A stretch of 64,000 nt of DNA from NCBI GenBank assembly GCA_012295275.1, contig CM022666.1, positions 3,596,001-3,660,000 of the forward strand, given 5' to 3'. Below, one piece after another: positions 13,723-27,947 of the stretch (within the stretch, counting starts at the first letter, position 1; every line of letters begins with the position of its first letter). Position numbers and translations under genes: made by a program. The DNA is from Chrysomallon squamiferum (Eukaryota > Animalia > Mollusca). The notes below the pieces were generated by a model. The model did not search any database and had not been told where the DNA came from. It saw only the letters and a list, made by a program, of their open reading frames with translations.

Positions 13723-15101
13723 TTTCCTTTAGATGAGCCAAACATGATAAAAATGTTATTAGTAATCAATAATAAAAACAGACACATAACATTCTTTCAA
13801 AAATAAAAGTAAAATAATAAATAAAACCAAGAAAATAAACCCACACACATATACACAGATACAGAAACGCGCGCATACAAATGCTACAGAAACAACAGAA
13901 ATTTATTTTAAAAAACTAAAATAACTCTGTATGAAAATAATAAATTAGTTGGATAAATACATAATACCTTCTACTTCTATTTTGTTACAGAAATGTTTAA
14001 AACTTGTATTAGAGACAGCTGCACTTTAGAAGACAAAGTTCCACACAGTCTCGGCACCACTCCCGGGAGAAGAATGTTAAGAGACCCCCTATGTAGTTTT
14101 TCCTAGGCAATAAAAGCAGAGATCAAGTCATGAGTATTGTAATTAACAACTGCATTGTTTTAAAGATGGACATCATCGATGTTCTTGTGCTTCGACGGAA
14201 AACCCATCGAATAAAGTTAGTTTAGCGGAAGGTATCAAAATAATTAAAGTATCTAACATCAAATGACGTATTTCTACATGTTTCCAAATATTCAATACAA
14301 AGATGGGTTTTGATGCAACCCCGCAAAATTATGATTTTGGTCACGCTTTTGTAGTTGCAGAGCGATAAACACCACTAGCACGCTTTCGATTCAAGCGCGC
14401 TAGAAATTAAGCACTGCCAGTCAGTCCTATGTACAGAAAATATAAGCAGAAATGTTAGCGTGTGCTGTGTAGGTTTACCACCTCGAGCAGATCACTTTAC
14501 GATCATCGCTTTCCTGTAACGTGTGTCCAATTGGCTACTGCTCCGTCACATGGCCCTATATTTTATGTTTATAGGAGAATTTTATCTTTGCAAGTGAAAT
14601 TAGTCATACACTAGGCCTATGGCTGTATTGTTACTATTTCTATATCTTTGTCAACCTCTCCAGCATGAACTTTTGGGCCAAGGCCAATGGTTTTGTTGAA
14701 AGGTAGGCTCTTACATCTGCACGCAGGCATGATCATTTTCAGGATTTTGCCTGGTTTCTGGTTGTATGAAAGGCTCTTTTCCTGTTTTTGACTATAGTTT
14801 TAAAGTTCAACGAATTAATTTCAGGTTTCAAAACAAAATCATGTCTGATTACAATTCTATCTTGAATGAATTTAATTTAAAGGCTTTTCCCAACATGGTA
14901 AGGTAGACGAGAATCCCCAGTATTAGTACACTATGATTCTGTTTTAACGTTTTTTGAGGTTTGTAGGTTTCTGGATTTTGCTCATAAAAAGGTCTGGATG
15001 TTTTTTCTAGAAAACGAGATATGAAACACTTGTGTTGTGAGTTATATTAATATCAAGATACAAGTTCAACAAAAGAAACTGATTAAGAGAACGAAAATGT
15101 A

Positions 15102-16435
15102 TGGTAAGGAGGGGATAATTCTGGTCCCCTTTTCCATTCAACCTCACCTACAGTTTCAAAGACAAAAGGAAACAACAAAATGGAGTGAATAATGTGTAGT
15201 ATATCTATTTCTGCTTCAAAATACTCAAACACTACATGCATAGTGCTTATACTTTTGAAATGGGAGCCAGGTTAAAAATTGTGGTAAGGGGCCAGATTTG
15301 CTCTGTTGATTTGGGGTAAATCTGGCCCCCACATTCAAGATGTATTTTGATCTACAAATTTGTTGTACTGATTATTGCTATGTAATCATTGTTTGCTACT
15401 AATAATAATTAGTCCTAATCATAGTACAAGTCAGATTAAAAACTTTAATAAACTAAACTCCTTGACAAATATCACGCAAGAATACAATATCTTTCAAGTC
15501 AGCACCAGCTGGGATTTCGAGGTGTGCGCAAGGATCAAGACACTACCAATTTGGGCAACCGTCACATCCTAAGAACTCGTCACAATTCATTCCATCATCA
15601 TCTCTGCTACAGAGTTCACATTTTTCTTGTGTATCTACTACATCTCTGTCTTCTAGTTCAGGCTCGTCACCATCAACGTTTTCTTTAACTGCATCCGCCG
15701 GTTCTCCTGTAGCATCCATATTGAACAGCCGTTGTGACTTTGGTATCTTCTGGGGGGTTTTGTAGTCTTGCCTCTCTCACCTTCTTTGGCTTTTCTTCCT
15801 CCTCCTTCTCCTTCTCTTCCAACTCTTCTTCGTACCTCTTGATACTTTCTTCTTCTGTCAAAGCCTCGACATACCTTATCCTCTTGATTTTATTTGAAGT
15901 TTAACTATGTGCCCCACCAGATGGACTGTGGACTTTCAAGTGTTTCAAAAAAAAAAAAATAAAATAAAATAAAATAAAAATCAGAATAAACCATATCAAT
16001 GCCAAAACTATTGACTTCACCACCAAATATGGGGGCCAGATTTACACCATCCATAGGAGCCAGAATTGCCCCATGTGGTGGAGTAAAATAAAGCACATAT
16101 TTCTTGCCTGATTACCACATATTAATCAAGTTTATTCTGCTGAACTTAATAATTGATTATATGTTTACCTGTTATAACTTATCACCAACCTTATGTTTAC
16201 AGGACTATAAAAATAACACTCACTTTTGAAACCTCAAAATGCACTTTTTTGCAACCTTGTTGTTTTCATTACTTTCATGGCCACTATACTTCACATATAA
16301 ATGCCTGATTACCTACATCCTTCGTTCTAATGAGAGATAGGAAGGTTCTATTTGTATCAAAAAAGTTCCAGAAGTCTGGACAAAGCAGTATAGCGGCGTA
16401 TACCTCGGGGGCCAGAATTACACCCCACCTTACCC
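15102..16435 (-). mobile_element. Non-autonomous pogo/Tc1-mariner-superfamily element
   Basis: ~30-bp imperfect TIRs (tggtaaggaggggataattctggtcccc / ggggccagaattacaccccaccttaccc) with TA on both sides, plus internal ggggccagattt repeats. A decayed E/K-rich and Cys-rich transposase C-terminus lies at ~15460-15900. Confidence 0.75.
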
Positions 16436-17119
16436 TATACTTAGATTTTACCGACTAAGTCCAAAAGGGTTAATCTAGTCCTTTTGCCTAACCTCGGTCT
16501 TAATATGGGTTTGAGACAACTGACTACATTACGCCAAGTAGATAAACAAAAAGGCAAGTGCGCATACGCAAATGTCAAAAAGTTCGTGGGAAAGAAATCT
16601 CACAAGCAGCCCACGTCGACTATTCATTATGACGAACAAGTTAAAACGATCCGCGTGACGTAGTTATTGCTTTGTCAACGAATCGATCTAGCATTTTATT
16701 TTAAAAATAAAAAAATGTCATATGTATTCATTTTCAACAAAAACAAAAACAACAACAACATCAGATAATGCATTAATACTTTCTTTTTCCTTGTGCTAAT
16801 AATAAGGACACTGTTTTATCTCGGTAACAGTTTCCACGACTGACTGTCTCGAGCTATTTCTCAGTAGAAAACTCAGTTCTTGAAGAAATATTTATTCTCT
16901 AAAATTTTGAATCGCACTCCCTCCACTTCATTGTTAACATACTGTTATTCAAAAGCCACGTAACGGCAACAAATTTAAAGAAATTTATTATAATTCTAAT
17001 AAACATTTTAAATCATATTCCATTTGTATGATTAATTATTAATGAAGTCTAAAAATAAATTTTAAAAATGTTAGATATCCCAATTTATTTAAGAAAAAAC
17101 TAATATATATAAAACAATT

Positions 17120-18679
17120 TCAAAGCATATACAAGCCAAAGTAGGTTGTCTCAGGATCTCTCAAAATTCTGTTCACAACTGATGTTCTCACCACTACAGT
17201 GTCGTTGGCTTTCAGGTAGTAGACAGCTCCAATGTAGGAAGTAACAAAACCTTCCTGGTATCTTCGTACTTTGCATGTTGTTTGAGGATTTCTGTAGAGG
17301 ACTTCATAATTTGGATATTTTTCAATTGAGTGACACAGCCTAGCGTATTCTAGCTCTCTGACTTGGTTGGCATGGAATAAAACGTTGCTGTATATGAAGT
17401 AGTAAGCAGCTTCTTTGACTTGAATCCCTTCAGCGACAACAGCTGCAGCTCCTTTTACAAATGATCTTTTACCAGACGACGTCCATTTGACCAAAGGCTT
17501 CGGTGTGTCTGAAAGGTTTGCAAGAATAAATGACTTTTAAATAATATTAATATTTTAAATTGTCAAGAGTTCTAGTTAGTATTACTAATATATTTCTATA
17601 GCTGCTACTGACTCCTCCTATTAACTACTTCACTGAGATCACTGGTATTTTTCAATATTACTGCTATTACTACCACTACTGTTTGTTTTCTTACTTTTGT
17701 CATATGTTGTATTCACTTCCATTTGTAGATGAGCCGATGTCTTCACATTGTTCATATTATTCAGACGACCAGCGACCTCTCTGATCTGTTTAAGTTTCTG
17801 TTCTGAAATATATATACAGACACTAACACACACAAACACACACACACAGACACAGATATACATGTATACATACCTAGACTCACGTACACACGTACATACA
17901 AATACAAACTTATAAAAGTTTTGTGGATATTTAAATATGTATCGTTTTGTGTGTTTGTCTGTTTGTGTGTTTTGTCTTTATGTGTGTGTGTATGTTTATG
18001 TTTCTGCTTGTGTGTGTATCTGTGTTTATGCGACTTTGCTTTTCACGTATGTCTGTGCATGTGTATGTGTCTGTGTTAACTTACCACTTTTCTCAGCTTT
18101 TGTTTGACTTTCACTCAGTTTCTAAAAAGAATGTCAATAACCGCTTTGAATCTCCTCCATTATAATTAGTTTTAAATTTAAAAATATTTTTCAGCATTAT
18201 TAATTTCTCCTTTTCATAATTGAAATATTATTAAACATACATGGATCTTTTTTCTTTTTGTTATTTCACTTTTTTCCATTTTGTTTCAATTTCTTTTATA
18301 ATCAACTTAAGTTTTTAATATTTTTATATAGAATTTACCTATTTCTTAATTTCATATCTTTTTTAATCTTCTATTTAATGTATTTATGGATCTTTTTAGA
18401 AGTTAAAACAAAATTTACCTTTTTCATGATTTCACTCATAACTTTTTCTCCATCACTGTAACAGCAATACGTGGTATTGTTCCTGGTTCTGTTCGTAGAT
18501 TTGTCATCACAACAGTTTTCTCCTGGTTTGCACGAGATTTTCACACACAGTTCCTGCTCAAACAACAAATTGGTTTCTCTGTTCAGAAATTCTTTTAATG
18601 TTACAGATGCAATGAAAATAATGAGTATGAAGTTTAGTACCATAAGAGAAATGGCAGTGACAGGAAGAATTGAATTCAT
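17120..18679 (-). CDS. TNF superfamily ligand, copy B (264 aa). Exons 18679-18419, 18121-18085, 17802-17695, 17508-17120
   Basis: Same exon sizes and phases as copy A, GT-AG junctions and an intact THD. The sequence directly upstream of the ATG differs from the other copies. Confidence 0.9.
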
Positions 18680-19304
18680 TTTCCAATTTTTCTTTGAGTT
18701 ATTGCTCTGTATAGTTATAGTTAGTATTACTAATATAGTTGTATAGCTATATAGTGTATTTATACTGTTATGTAGAAATGCGCAGTTACTCCATGGCGTG
18801 TTCACTTAAGTGATAAAAGTGTTGGCTGTTATCAAGTATACCAAGATAAAAAGACACTTACACGAACATAAAGCAAAGGGTGCAGACAGATACTATTCAA
18901 ACAACAGACTATTCTATAAAAAAATAAATAAAAGAAGACTAAATGAAAAAAATGACTTGCGCAGCACAAATATATAATGTTTTCTACTTCCTTTTCCTTA
19001 CCGAAATAATTTATTATATTATGTGTTACAGAGAGCTGCAGTTTAGAAGATAATAATACTGTACTGAAAACAAACAAAAAATACATAAATAAAGTTTCAG
19101 AGAAATTGAGTTTTTATCCGATAACCTCTCACCCTTATAATCACATATTTATTGACTGTGAGATAACATAACCTTAACGACAGGATAACACATCTAAAAT
19201 AAAATGAAATAAAAAAGGTTTCGTGTAAACGTGATACATAATGTTCATAAATAAACTGCGTGTACTTATTACTGCTGTTATACTGGTTGTTGTTGTAGGT
19301 CTTC

Positions 19305-19440
<136 letters not shown>

Positions 19441-20329
19441 TACTGTTGTTGTTAAATAAAGACTGCAGCAGGGTCGGCAACCTTTCTGAGAGAAGGGGCC
19501 AGACAGTGTTTTGCAGGAGAGTTAGTTAGGTTAACATGCATTGTGGAAAATTTACAAAATCGTTTTATACACACGTACATATTATGTATTGTATATATTT
19601 AGTTAATCCTCGCAGTTAACTGTTGCATGACAATGTCGAAAAAAAAAAAAAAAAAAAAAAAACAAAAGTAAAAAAGAAAAAAAAAAAAACCCAGAATAAT
19701 AATAAAAAACAAACAAATGGAAATAACTCTCATACTACTAACACATCCACACACACACAGCAATCTATTTTAAGAATTTTTGTTTTGTTGAGTATCCCTG
19801 AGTTCTTTTTATGACAGAAACTAGACCTCGCCAAGTACATGTGATGTACGTGCATGAACAGAAACAAAGAAAGTAAAACCTAACAATTAAATACTAAATA
19901 GGAATTTTCTTATTTTTCATTCAATCGCTCTTCAATAGTCGAACACTAAACAAATGATGAAAAATTTAATCCAGAACATCTACAGTATCTAATTTCAAAT
20001 GTCCTAATACACTCCAGCTATGAGCAATAGTATAATAACAATAGCTCACTGGACTCATGTTAAAAGTCACCAGTCATCAGTATATTCTAATTATATTATA
20101 AATAGTTGTTTAACAAGCTCTAGAGATGACTGAAGCAGGTAGTGAAGTGAGATATCTCGGCAACAACACGGAACGTGTACATTGCCACACTCAGCGATGT
20201 TATTGCACTTTGGACTTTGCATTTTCTATCACCTGCGTCGCTTTGCAAACAGCTATTTTAAACATTGCTCGGGCAGGACTACTTTTAAAGATAACGAAAA
20301 TATTTAAAATGAGTCCAGTCAGCTACTGT

Positions 20330-21930
20330 TATTATTAGTTAAATTATTGATTTATTAAATTAATCAATATTTTTGTGTATAGTTTTATTTATTTAATTTA
20401 TAATTATTATTATTTAATCACTTATCCTTATTAATTATTAATTAATAAATTATATATAATTTTAAAAAACATTTATATATATATACCTTCTCTCTATTCA
20501 TCTTTTAACAGATCTGGTTTTGTCAGGCTAAGAATAATTTTTGAAACCAGCGAGGATCAGACAATGAAAGATACATGAAAAGAAATTAATTTAAAACCTA
20601 AAAATGTTACATTCTGATATTTCCTTCAGGTCATATCATGAAATACATTTGCGTCTGTGTGTGTGTGTGTATGTGTGTGGAACACCCTCCTCAATTTTTT
20701 AAACAAACGCGCCTGGAAAACCTCATTTGGTATCAGTTGTTTTATATTTACAATGACATCAGATTCTCCGAAATATTTAACTTCGAATATGTATAGAGAT
20801 TTGTTTCCATAATCAATAAGTCAAATCAGAAATTTAGTTGCGTCATAATAAAATTTTCATTTTCAAAACAAATAATAATAATAAGAAGAAGAAGAAGCAG
20901 GAAGAAAGAAAGAAAGAATGAAAGAAAGAAAGAAGAAATATAAACGTGGATCATAAGGAAAAACAAAGGTTGTCATGGCCATCATCCTACGTCATCATCG
21001 AGGATTTCATTGTCAGCATAATCACTTAGAATTTCACCGTTAACATCATCAATCAGAATTTCATTGTCAGCATCATCATTTAAAATTTCATTGTTAGCAT
21101 CATTAATCAGGATTTCATTGTCAACATCATCATTCAAAAATTCATTGTCAACCTCATCATTCAGACTTTTATTGTCTTCATCATCATCCAGAATTTTATT
21201 AACAAAATAATCAATGAAAATCATGATCATTCACAAAAGATGGACTCTGCATCAGGTTTTATTTACTATTATTTTAGGTTTTACTCTCATTATACAATAG
21301 ATGTTCTATGTACAATGGCTGTTCTTGTACACTGGATATTCTTTGTACAGTGGATGCTCTTGAACAGTTGATGTTCTAGGTACAGTAGGCGTTCTTCTGC
21401 AGTGGATGTTCTGTATACAGTGAATGTTCTTCAGTCTATGTCCTATGTAAAATAAAATTCTGTATACACTGTACATTGGATGCTCAAGTACAGTAGACGT
21501 TCAGTGTACAGTGAATGTTCTTGTATGGTGGATGTTCTGTACACAATGGATGTCCTGCTGTAGAAGTTCTGTGTACAAAGATATTTTTGTACAGCTGATA
21601 TTCTATACATGTACATCTATGCATGTTGTAAATGTAATTAATGTTATGTGCTCAGTGATAATAAATATACCATGCATGGTGGTTTTTCTTTGTACAGTGA
21701 ATATGTAATGTATGTACCATTGATGGTTTGTGTTCTGTAAATCTGTACAGTGGATGTTCTACAAATAGTGTATATGTTCTAGGATGTTCTATGTAAAGTG
21801 AATGTGTGCAGTATTCAGTGAATAAATATTTACATGTCACTGATTTTCAATATAAAGTGACTGATGAAAGTTATATGTTCACTGATTCGTTTATAATGAA
21901 AAATACAAGTTAAGTGGATGATCTTTATGC
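20330..21930 (+). repeat. Inverted copy of the ~2270-3720 spacer module
   Basis: Reverse-complement matches to the satellite, the 27-bp repeats and the terminal membrane-gene exon. Confidence 0.85.
20512..20578 (+). pseudogene. Inverted terminal exon of the membrane-protein gene (SGFVRLRIIFETSEDQTMKDT*)
   Basis: tcttttaacag| acceptor, 67 nt, homologous to 3410-3476 and 35964-36030. Confidence 0.65.
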
Positions 21931-22241
21931 AGTCTCTGCTGTTTGCTACCCTCTACAGTGCAGTTGATGTTCATGCCGAGGTTGACCAAGTAGGTGCAGT
22001 ATGTCTCATTGTGTACAAACTGCAGTGTTGTCAGCTGCTGCTGGTGTAGTTGCAGTGCACGTTCATGACGTTCTAAATACGCTGACATCCAGCTCTGGTA
22101 CAAAGGAAGTTCCACTGTGTGTATTTGTTCTGCATGAGAAACAAGTCGACTGTTGAACATTTCAGCTTGGGTATCTATGAATCCATTTTGAACTTTAAAA
22201 GAATATATATATTTAGATAGACTGTATATTCTACCATTCTA

Positions 22242-23520
22242 GGACAATTACCCCCCCTGGATAACTGCCCTCCATTTTTTCTTCTAGTAATGATTTTCAA
22301 GCATAATGACATATATACATGTATACGGACAAGTTTTGTTTTAGAAATTCAGAGTAGTCTGTCTATAGTTCTCTAGTAAAGCTTTGTACAGCAACAGTTC
22401 ATTCACAAGTACAGGTTCAACTATAACCATGTATTCTTACCAGAGTTCTTTGACACTTTTCAGTTTTCGCACTTTTATGTTGTGTGTTCAAATGGTCTAG
22501 GACGTGTCGGTTTTCTCGCTGTCTGACCAGACTCGACAAATGCAGTGAAGCTTCTCGGTATTTTTTATCAAGTACTTCCCCGCCAATCATTAAGTTTATT
22601 TCCAGTTCATTAGTGCTCGTTCACTCTTTAAAATGTTTACAAACTTCCTGACATTCAGATGGTAGGTGCCAATGTTTGACTGAAAGCAATTGATTTAGCT
22701 TTCCACGAAGTTGTTAGTCCACACCAAATTCTTTTCCATCCTCTGGTGCATGTTTCACATGCCAACATTGTAACCTGGATCATGTCTGCGACCAGCTCTG
22801 CCATACTGGCAATAAATGAAGTTGTCCTCAAAATACTTCAGCGTCATCACCATCAGCTTCTGATAGTGCTTCAAAAGCTGCCGTTACTTCATCCACTGGA
22901 ACGAACGCAATTGCAGCTATCTGACGGATCAGTAAAGCAAACTCTTCAACAGTATTGTAACGAACTGCCAGACTGATGAGTTGAATTTGGCTCGTGATGC
23001 ATTGGCTGAAATGAAAGAAGCATCCAGTCACAGTGCAGTTTAGCTTTACAGACGTTTTGCCTTCTTACTTCACACTCGTGCGAAATAACTCCACCACTGA
23101 GTTCCTTCTCTCGGACATACACATAGTTTTCGTTGGTAAGTTTTGAATGACAACGCTCTGGGTCAGTGGACTCCATCTTATAGAATACAACATTTTTGCT
23201 ACAATGCATGACCTAATATACTGTTTCATTCATCACAATTATTAATCACTTGCCAAATCAAAGGAAGTTTTAGCATTTAATTAGCCTGAATTAGTAATTA
23301 ACTGACTGTAGTTAGCTTTGATCTTAGATGATATTTTATTGGATGTTTTAGCAGATCAATGAATTCCAAATGCCTGTACTCAAGTTTAATTAGTAATTAG
23401 CTGACTCTAGTTAGCTTTGACTAATTTATTGAAATGTTGCTTGAAAATCTTTCTGAATGGCATATTTGAGGAGAAATTGAGGTCAGTTGTCCGGGGGCAA
23501 TTAATCCAGGAGCAATTCTA
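22242..23520 (-). mobile_element. Decayed Mutator-like (MULE/FLYWCH) transposon
   Basis: Termini carry ggacaattacccc / gggggcaatt subrepeats. Coding fragments are ENYVYVREKELSGG..EC..RRQNVCKAKLH (FLYWCH-like), VTGCFFHFSQ (MULE CxxH) and AAIAFVPVDEVTAAFEAL. Confidence 0.82.
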
Positions 23521-23539
23521 CATCACAGAATGTCAGTTT

Positions 23540-24270
23540 TATAATATCCTGCACTGACTACATGGTATTTGCTATGCAGAATCTGTAATATTATATACTT
23601 TGATTTATAAATTACATGGTATGTAGTGTATTGTAATGATCTTTAATATTATATCCTTGGATATACACATTAATGTGTACATTTATACTCTACACTCCTT
23701 TATAAAATGATACACAGAATACAAGGTATCTGCATAATCTATCTTTAATAATATACACATTAATCTATGCACTCCAAACGCTACATCATAGGATGATACA
23801 CAGGATGCATAACATTTGCTACACTGAATCCGTAATATTATATTCTTGGATATATAAAATACATGGTATACATTACACTGGAATAACGTTTAATATTGAA
23901 TCACTGGATAATTATAAACTACATGGTATGTATTATACTATATTATATAATCTTTAATAGTGTACCGATGGATATATAAATTACATGGTATTTATTATAA
24001 TAATCTTTAATACTGTATCCCTGGATATATATGATATGTACTTTATTAATCTTTAATACTGTGTCCTTACATGGTATGTACTGCACGCTATTAATCTTTA
24101 ATACTGTATCCCTGGATATATAAATTACATGGTATGTACTGTACTGCATTATATAATGTATCGCTGGATATATAAATTACATGGTATGTACTGCACTCTA
24201 TTAATCTTTAATACTAAATCCCTGGATATATAAAATATATGGTATGTACTGTACTGGAATAATACTGTAT
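23540..24270. repeat. Degenerate ~55-bp tandem repeat (ggatatataaattacatggtatgtactg..taatctttaatactgtatcc); shorter copy at ~36640-36760
   Basis: The attacatggtatgta core recurs many times. Confidence 0.8.
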
Positions 24271-24725
24271 GACTGAATGTTCGAATTACCTAATTCTGTA
24301 ACTTTTGTCACATTTCCAGTTACATATGGATAAAAAAAATCAACTAAAAAAGAAGTATTTAAAACTAAATAAATAAACTCACACGTACTTTTTATCATAA
24401 TGGAGACCCAGTCTGTTGAAACTTTGTTTGGTTAGCACAACCTCTGACACGTCTACACCGCCATAAACAAGGAGACACACAACTACAGTGAAAACAGCAT
24501 TCGGTATAAAAAAGTGTTTACACTACCTGGATGAAAAATTAATTAAAAGAAACTATTAACTTTCAAAAGATTTCAACAACAACAATAATTACAGGAACAG
24601 TGGTTATAAATAACAGCAACAATAACAATAATAGCAAATATTATTTGAGATAAAGATCCTTGAGTATTTAAGAGTTATCTTCCTTAATATTCTCTATATA
24701 TTCATCTACATTAACATAAACATAG

Positions 24726-24781
<56 letters not shown>

Positions 24782-24988
24782 ATATGCACAATATTTTCAC
24801 ACTAATACTCATGTATTAACAGACACGGACATACAAACATGGATACACATATCAGACAGAAAATTATATATACTCTTAAAAACATACATATATACATACA
24901 TACAAAAAAAGAATTATTAATATTATTGTTATTGTTGTTGTTACTATTATTATTATTACTATTCTTCTTCTTCTTCTTCTTCTTCTTC

Positions 24989-25019
<31 letters not shown>

Positions 25020-25632
25020 AAATGTATCTACATGTCTTTGTCACCTACTAATCATACACAATAAAATGTGTTACAGCTTCTATAAACATTTAAATACTTT
25101 TAATTAATTACTTATAATAATATGTACTGAAGTATCCATAAACAAATAATTAATTACCTGTTTCCTTATAATCCACATACTCAGGTACCCGTACAGGAGA
25201 AACTTAGCGAACGAGATTGTCTTGGCCATCCGATGAGCAAACAACAAAATATCAACCACAACCATCAAACCGAATATCACACAGAACGCTGTCACTGAAT
25301 TTCCCTTCACTCCGTTTTGACGTTTTCGCTGTTTGGTAGCCTGGTTTACCTCCCCTTGATTTGACTCAAAGACAGGTAAGAACCAGTGATTGTGAAAGAC
25401 AATATTTACTTTTACTAATATCCATGCCCTTTTTATTTTTTTAAGAACTCAGATTTTTATTTTATTTTTTGTCATGATTGGAAAATTCCTTCATTTTCTG
25501 TTTTTCATCTTCTTTATTTTTCTTTCTATCTTCTTTTTTCTTTCTGTTTTTCATCGTTTTACTGTTTATACATTTTAACAACGTGAACATCACTGAAAAG
25601 TCATTTAACGAAACATCGTCAAGTGAAAAGTT

Positions 25633-25742
25633 GTCAGATAAAGTAGAACGACAAGCGAAACTGTGCACGTTATCACTGGAAAGTCAGATAAAGTAGAACG
25701 ACAAGCGAAACTGTGCACGTTATCACTGGAAAGTCGGATAAA
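25633..25742. repeat. 50-bp tandem duplication inside a dispersed element whose distal part is re-used at 50871-51099
   Basis: gtcagataaagtagaacgacaagcgaaactgtgcacgttatcactggaaa occurs at 25633 and 25683. Positions 25743-25955 match 50871-51099. Confidence 0.85.
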
Positions 25743-26788
25743 GAATCGGTTGATGAGGTCACCAGACAGCGGTAAACATTCTGTGACCTGCTAAGTTTAA
25801 CTTTAAAAATACTCTGACAGTAAATTAATTTGTAAACTTTTACTTTTGACAAACGCACTAAATGTTTTTTTTTTTTTTTTTTTTTTTTTGGTTTTGGTTT
25901 TAAACCGAATTTAATCAAATAAAAGAACATACGTGTTTGTACGTTTGATTATTTCTTTATGGATTCTAGTTAACTGTTAGGCGGATTCGATATTATGTTA
26001 ACTTCATATCGCGTTAGAAAATATCTGAAATCTGAATTAGAATTGTTTATTGGGTTGTTAATGGGAAGAATTTCGATAATATTACTGATACACAGTGACC
26101 ATCACTAATCCGCCTACCAGTAATCCTGAAATCCAGTTAATCTGTACTGATCTAAATTTCCCGATCCACCGCGCCCGTCTACTACTAGGAAGTGCTAGAT
26201 CAATACTGTTTAGTTCAGGTAAACACAGACAGGCTGTTTGTGCAGTTTCATTAGTATGGTTTCATTTTCAACAACAACAACATCAGCGACAGAATAATGC
26301 ATTACTACTTTCTGATTCCGTGTATTAACAATAGGGATAATGTTTTCTCTCGGTAAAAGCTTCGACTACTGATTGTGACGAGCTATTTCTGGGTAGAAAG
26401 CTCAGATCTTGAATAAATATTTATTCTTCAAAATTCTTAAAGGAACGCAATGAAAGTATAAAGAAATTTATTACAATTATATATTAAAATCACAAACAAG
26501 CAATCACAAAAAAGTAATAATAATAAAACAAATAATAATAAAAAATTTAAAATCAAAATAAAGAAAGAAATAAAGAAATAATAATAATAATAACAATCAT
26601 CATCATCATCATTATCATAATAATAATTTTAAAAATGCTGCCACTAAACACCATAAATAAATCAAAGTATACTATAAACGTTTAACGATATTTTATAATA
26701 AATGTTAGTTTGATATATACAAGTCCATGAATACAGTCTAAACAAAATTACATATGAACAATTATAATTCACTCCTCTCGAAACAGTT

Positions 26789-27502
26789 TTACAGCATATA
26801 CAGGCCAAAGTAGGTTGTCTCAGGATCTCTCAAAATGTTCTTCACAAATGATGTTCTCACCACTACAGTGTCATTGGCTTTCAGGTAGTAAACAGCTCCA
26901 ATGTAGGACGGAAAAAAACATTCCTGGTGTCTTCTTCGTACTTTGCATGTTGTTTGAGGATTTCTGTAGAGGACATCATCATTTGGATATTTTTCAATTG
27001 AGTGACACAGCCTAGCGTATTCCAGCTCTCTGACTTGGTTGGCATGGAATAAAACGTTGCTGTATATGAAGTAGTAAGCAGCGTGTTTGACTTGAATCCC
27101 GTCAGCGACAACAGTCACATCTCCTTTCACAAACGATCTTTTACCAGACGACGTCCATTTGATGAGAGGCTTTGGGTTGTCTGAAAAGTTTGTAAGAATA
27201 AATGACTTTTAAATAACATTTTTATTTTAAATTGTCAACAGTTGTAGTTAGTATTACTAATATATTTCTATAACTACTACAAACCTCTGCTATTAACTAC
27301 TTTAGTACCATCATTGATATTTTTACTACTAACGTCCTAATACTATTGTTATCACAATTTCTTCTATTATTTCCTAACCACTACTAATAACTATATGATT
27401 GCTACAACTACTTTTACCAGACCAACTACTACTATTACTTCTATTTTACTACTACCACATTTATTATCAAATCACCTCTTTTAACAGAGTACAATTACTC
27501 TG

Positions 27503-27563
<61 letters not shown>

Positions 27564-27916
27564 AACTACTCTACTACTACTACTCTAGTACAACTACTAC
27601 ACTATTACTACTATTACTAGTATTCTACTACTACTACTAGTAATATTTGTTTTCTTACTTTTGTCATATGTTACATTCACTTCCATTTGTAGATGAGCTG
27701 ACGTCTTCACATTGTTTTTATTATTCAGTTTGTAAGCGACCTCTCTGACCTGCTTAAGTTTTTGTTCTGAAATATACATATATATATGGACACATATATA
27801 CTAATGATACATGTATAAATATATAGATTCATACATACATACATAGATTCGTAAACTGATTTTATTATCTAAATTCAAAAGATCAGTGACGTCTCTGATC
27901 TGCTTTAGTTTTGGAT

Positions 27917-27947
<31 letters not shown>

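Larger units (their letters stand above)
21933..25430 (-). pseudogene. Middle exons of the membrane-protein gene (25430-25158, ~24705-24640, ~24526-24390, 22192-21933), interrupted by a MULE
   Basis: The reading frames WILVKVNIVFHNHWFLPVFE..VTAFCVIFGLMVVVDILLFAHRMAKTISFAKFLLYGY, FFIPNAVFTVVVCLLVYGGVDVSEVVLTKQSFNRLGL and QNGFIDTQAEMFNSRLVSHAEQIHTVELPLYQSWMSAYLERHERALQLHQQQL..YCTYL..NC are GC-richer islands with splice-like ends. Frameshifts and stops are present. Confidence 0.65.

Noticed and set aside
14040-15060. Unique GC-richer block, possibly transposon debris
   Set aside because: I could not identify TIRs, TSDs or a coding remnant.
20982-21230. Asp-rich repeat ORF (DDADNEILN)
   Set aside because: A 27-bp tandem repeat with variable unit number among four copies and no splice or start support.
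25633-25742. CRISPR-like direct repeats (also 30050-30325, 50485-50618)
   Set aside because: Head-to-tail tandem repeats without unique spacers, in eukaryotic DNA with no cas genes.
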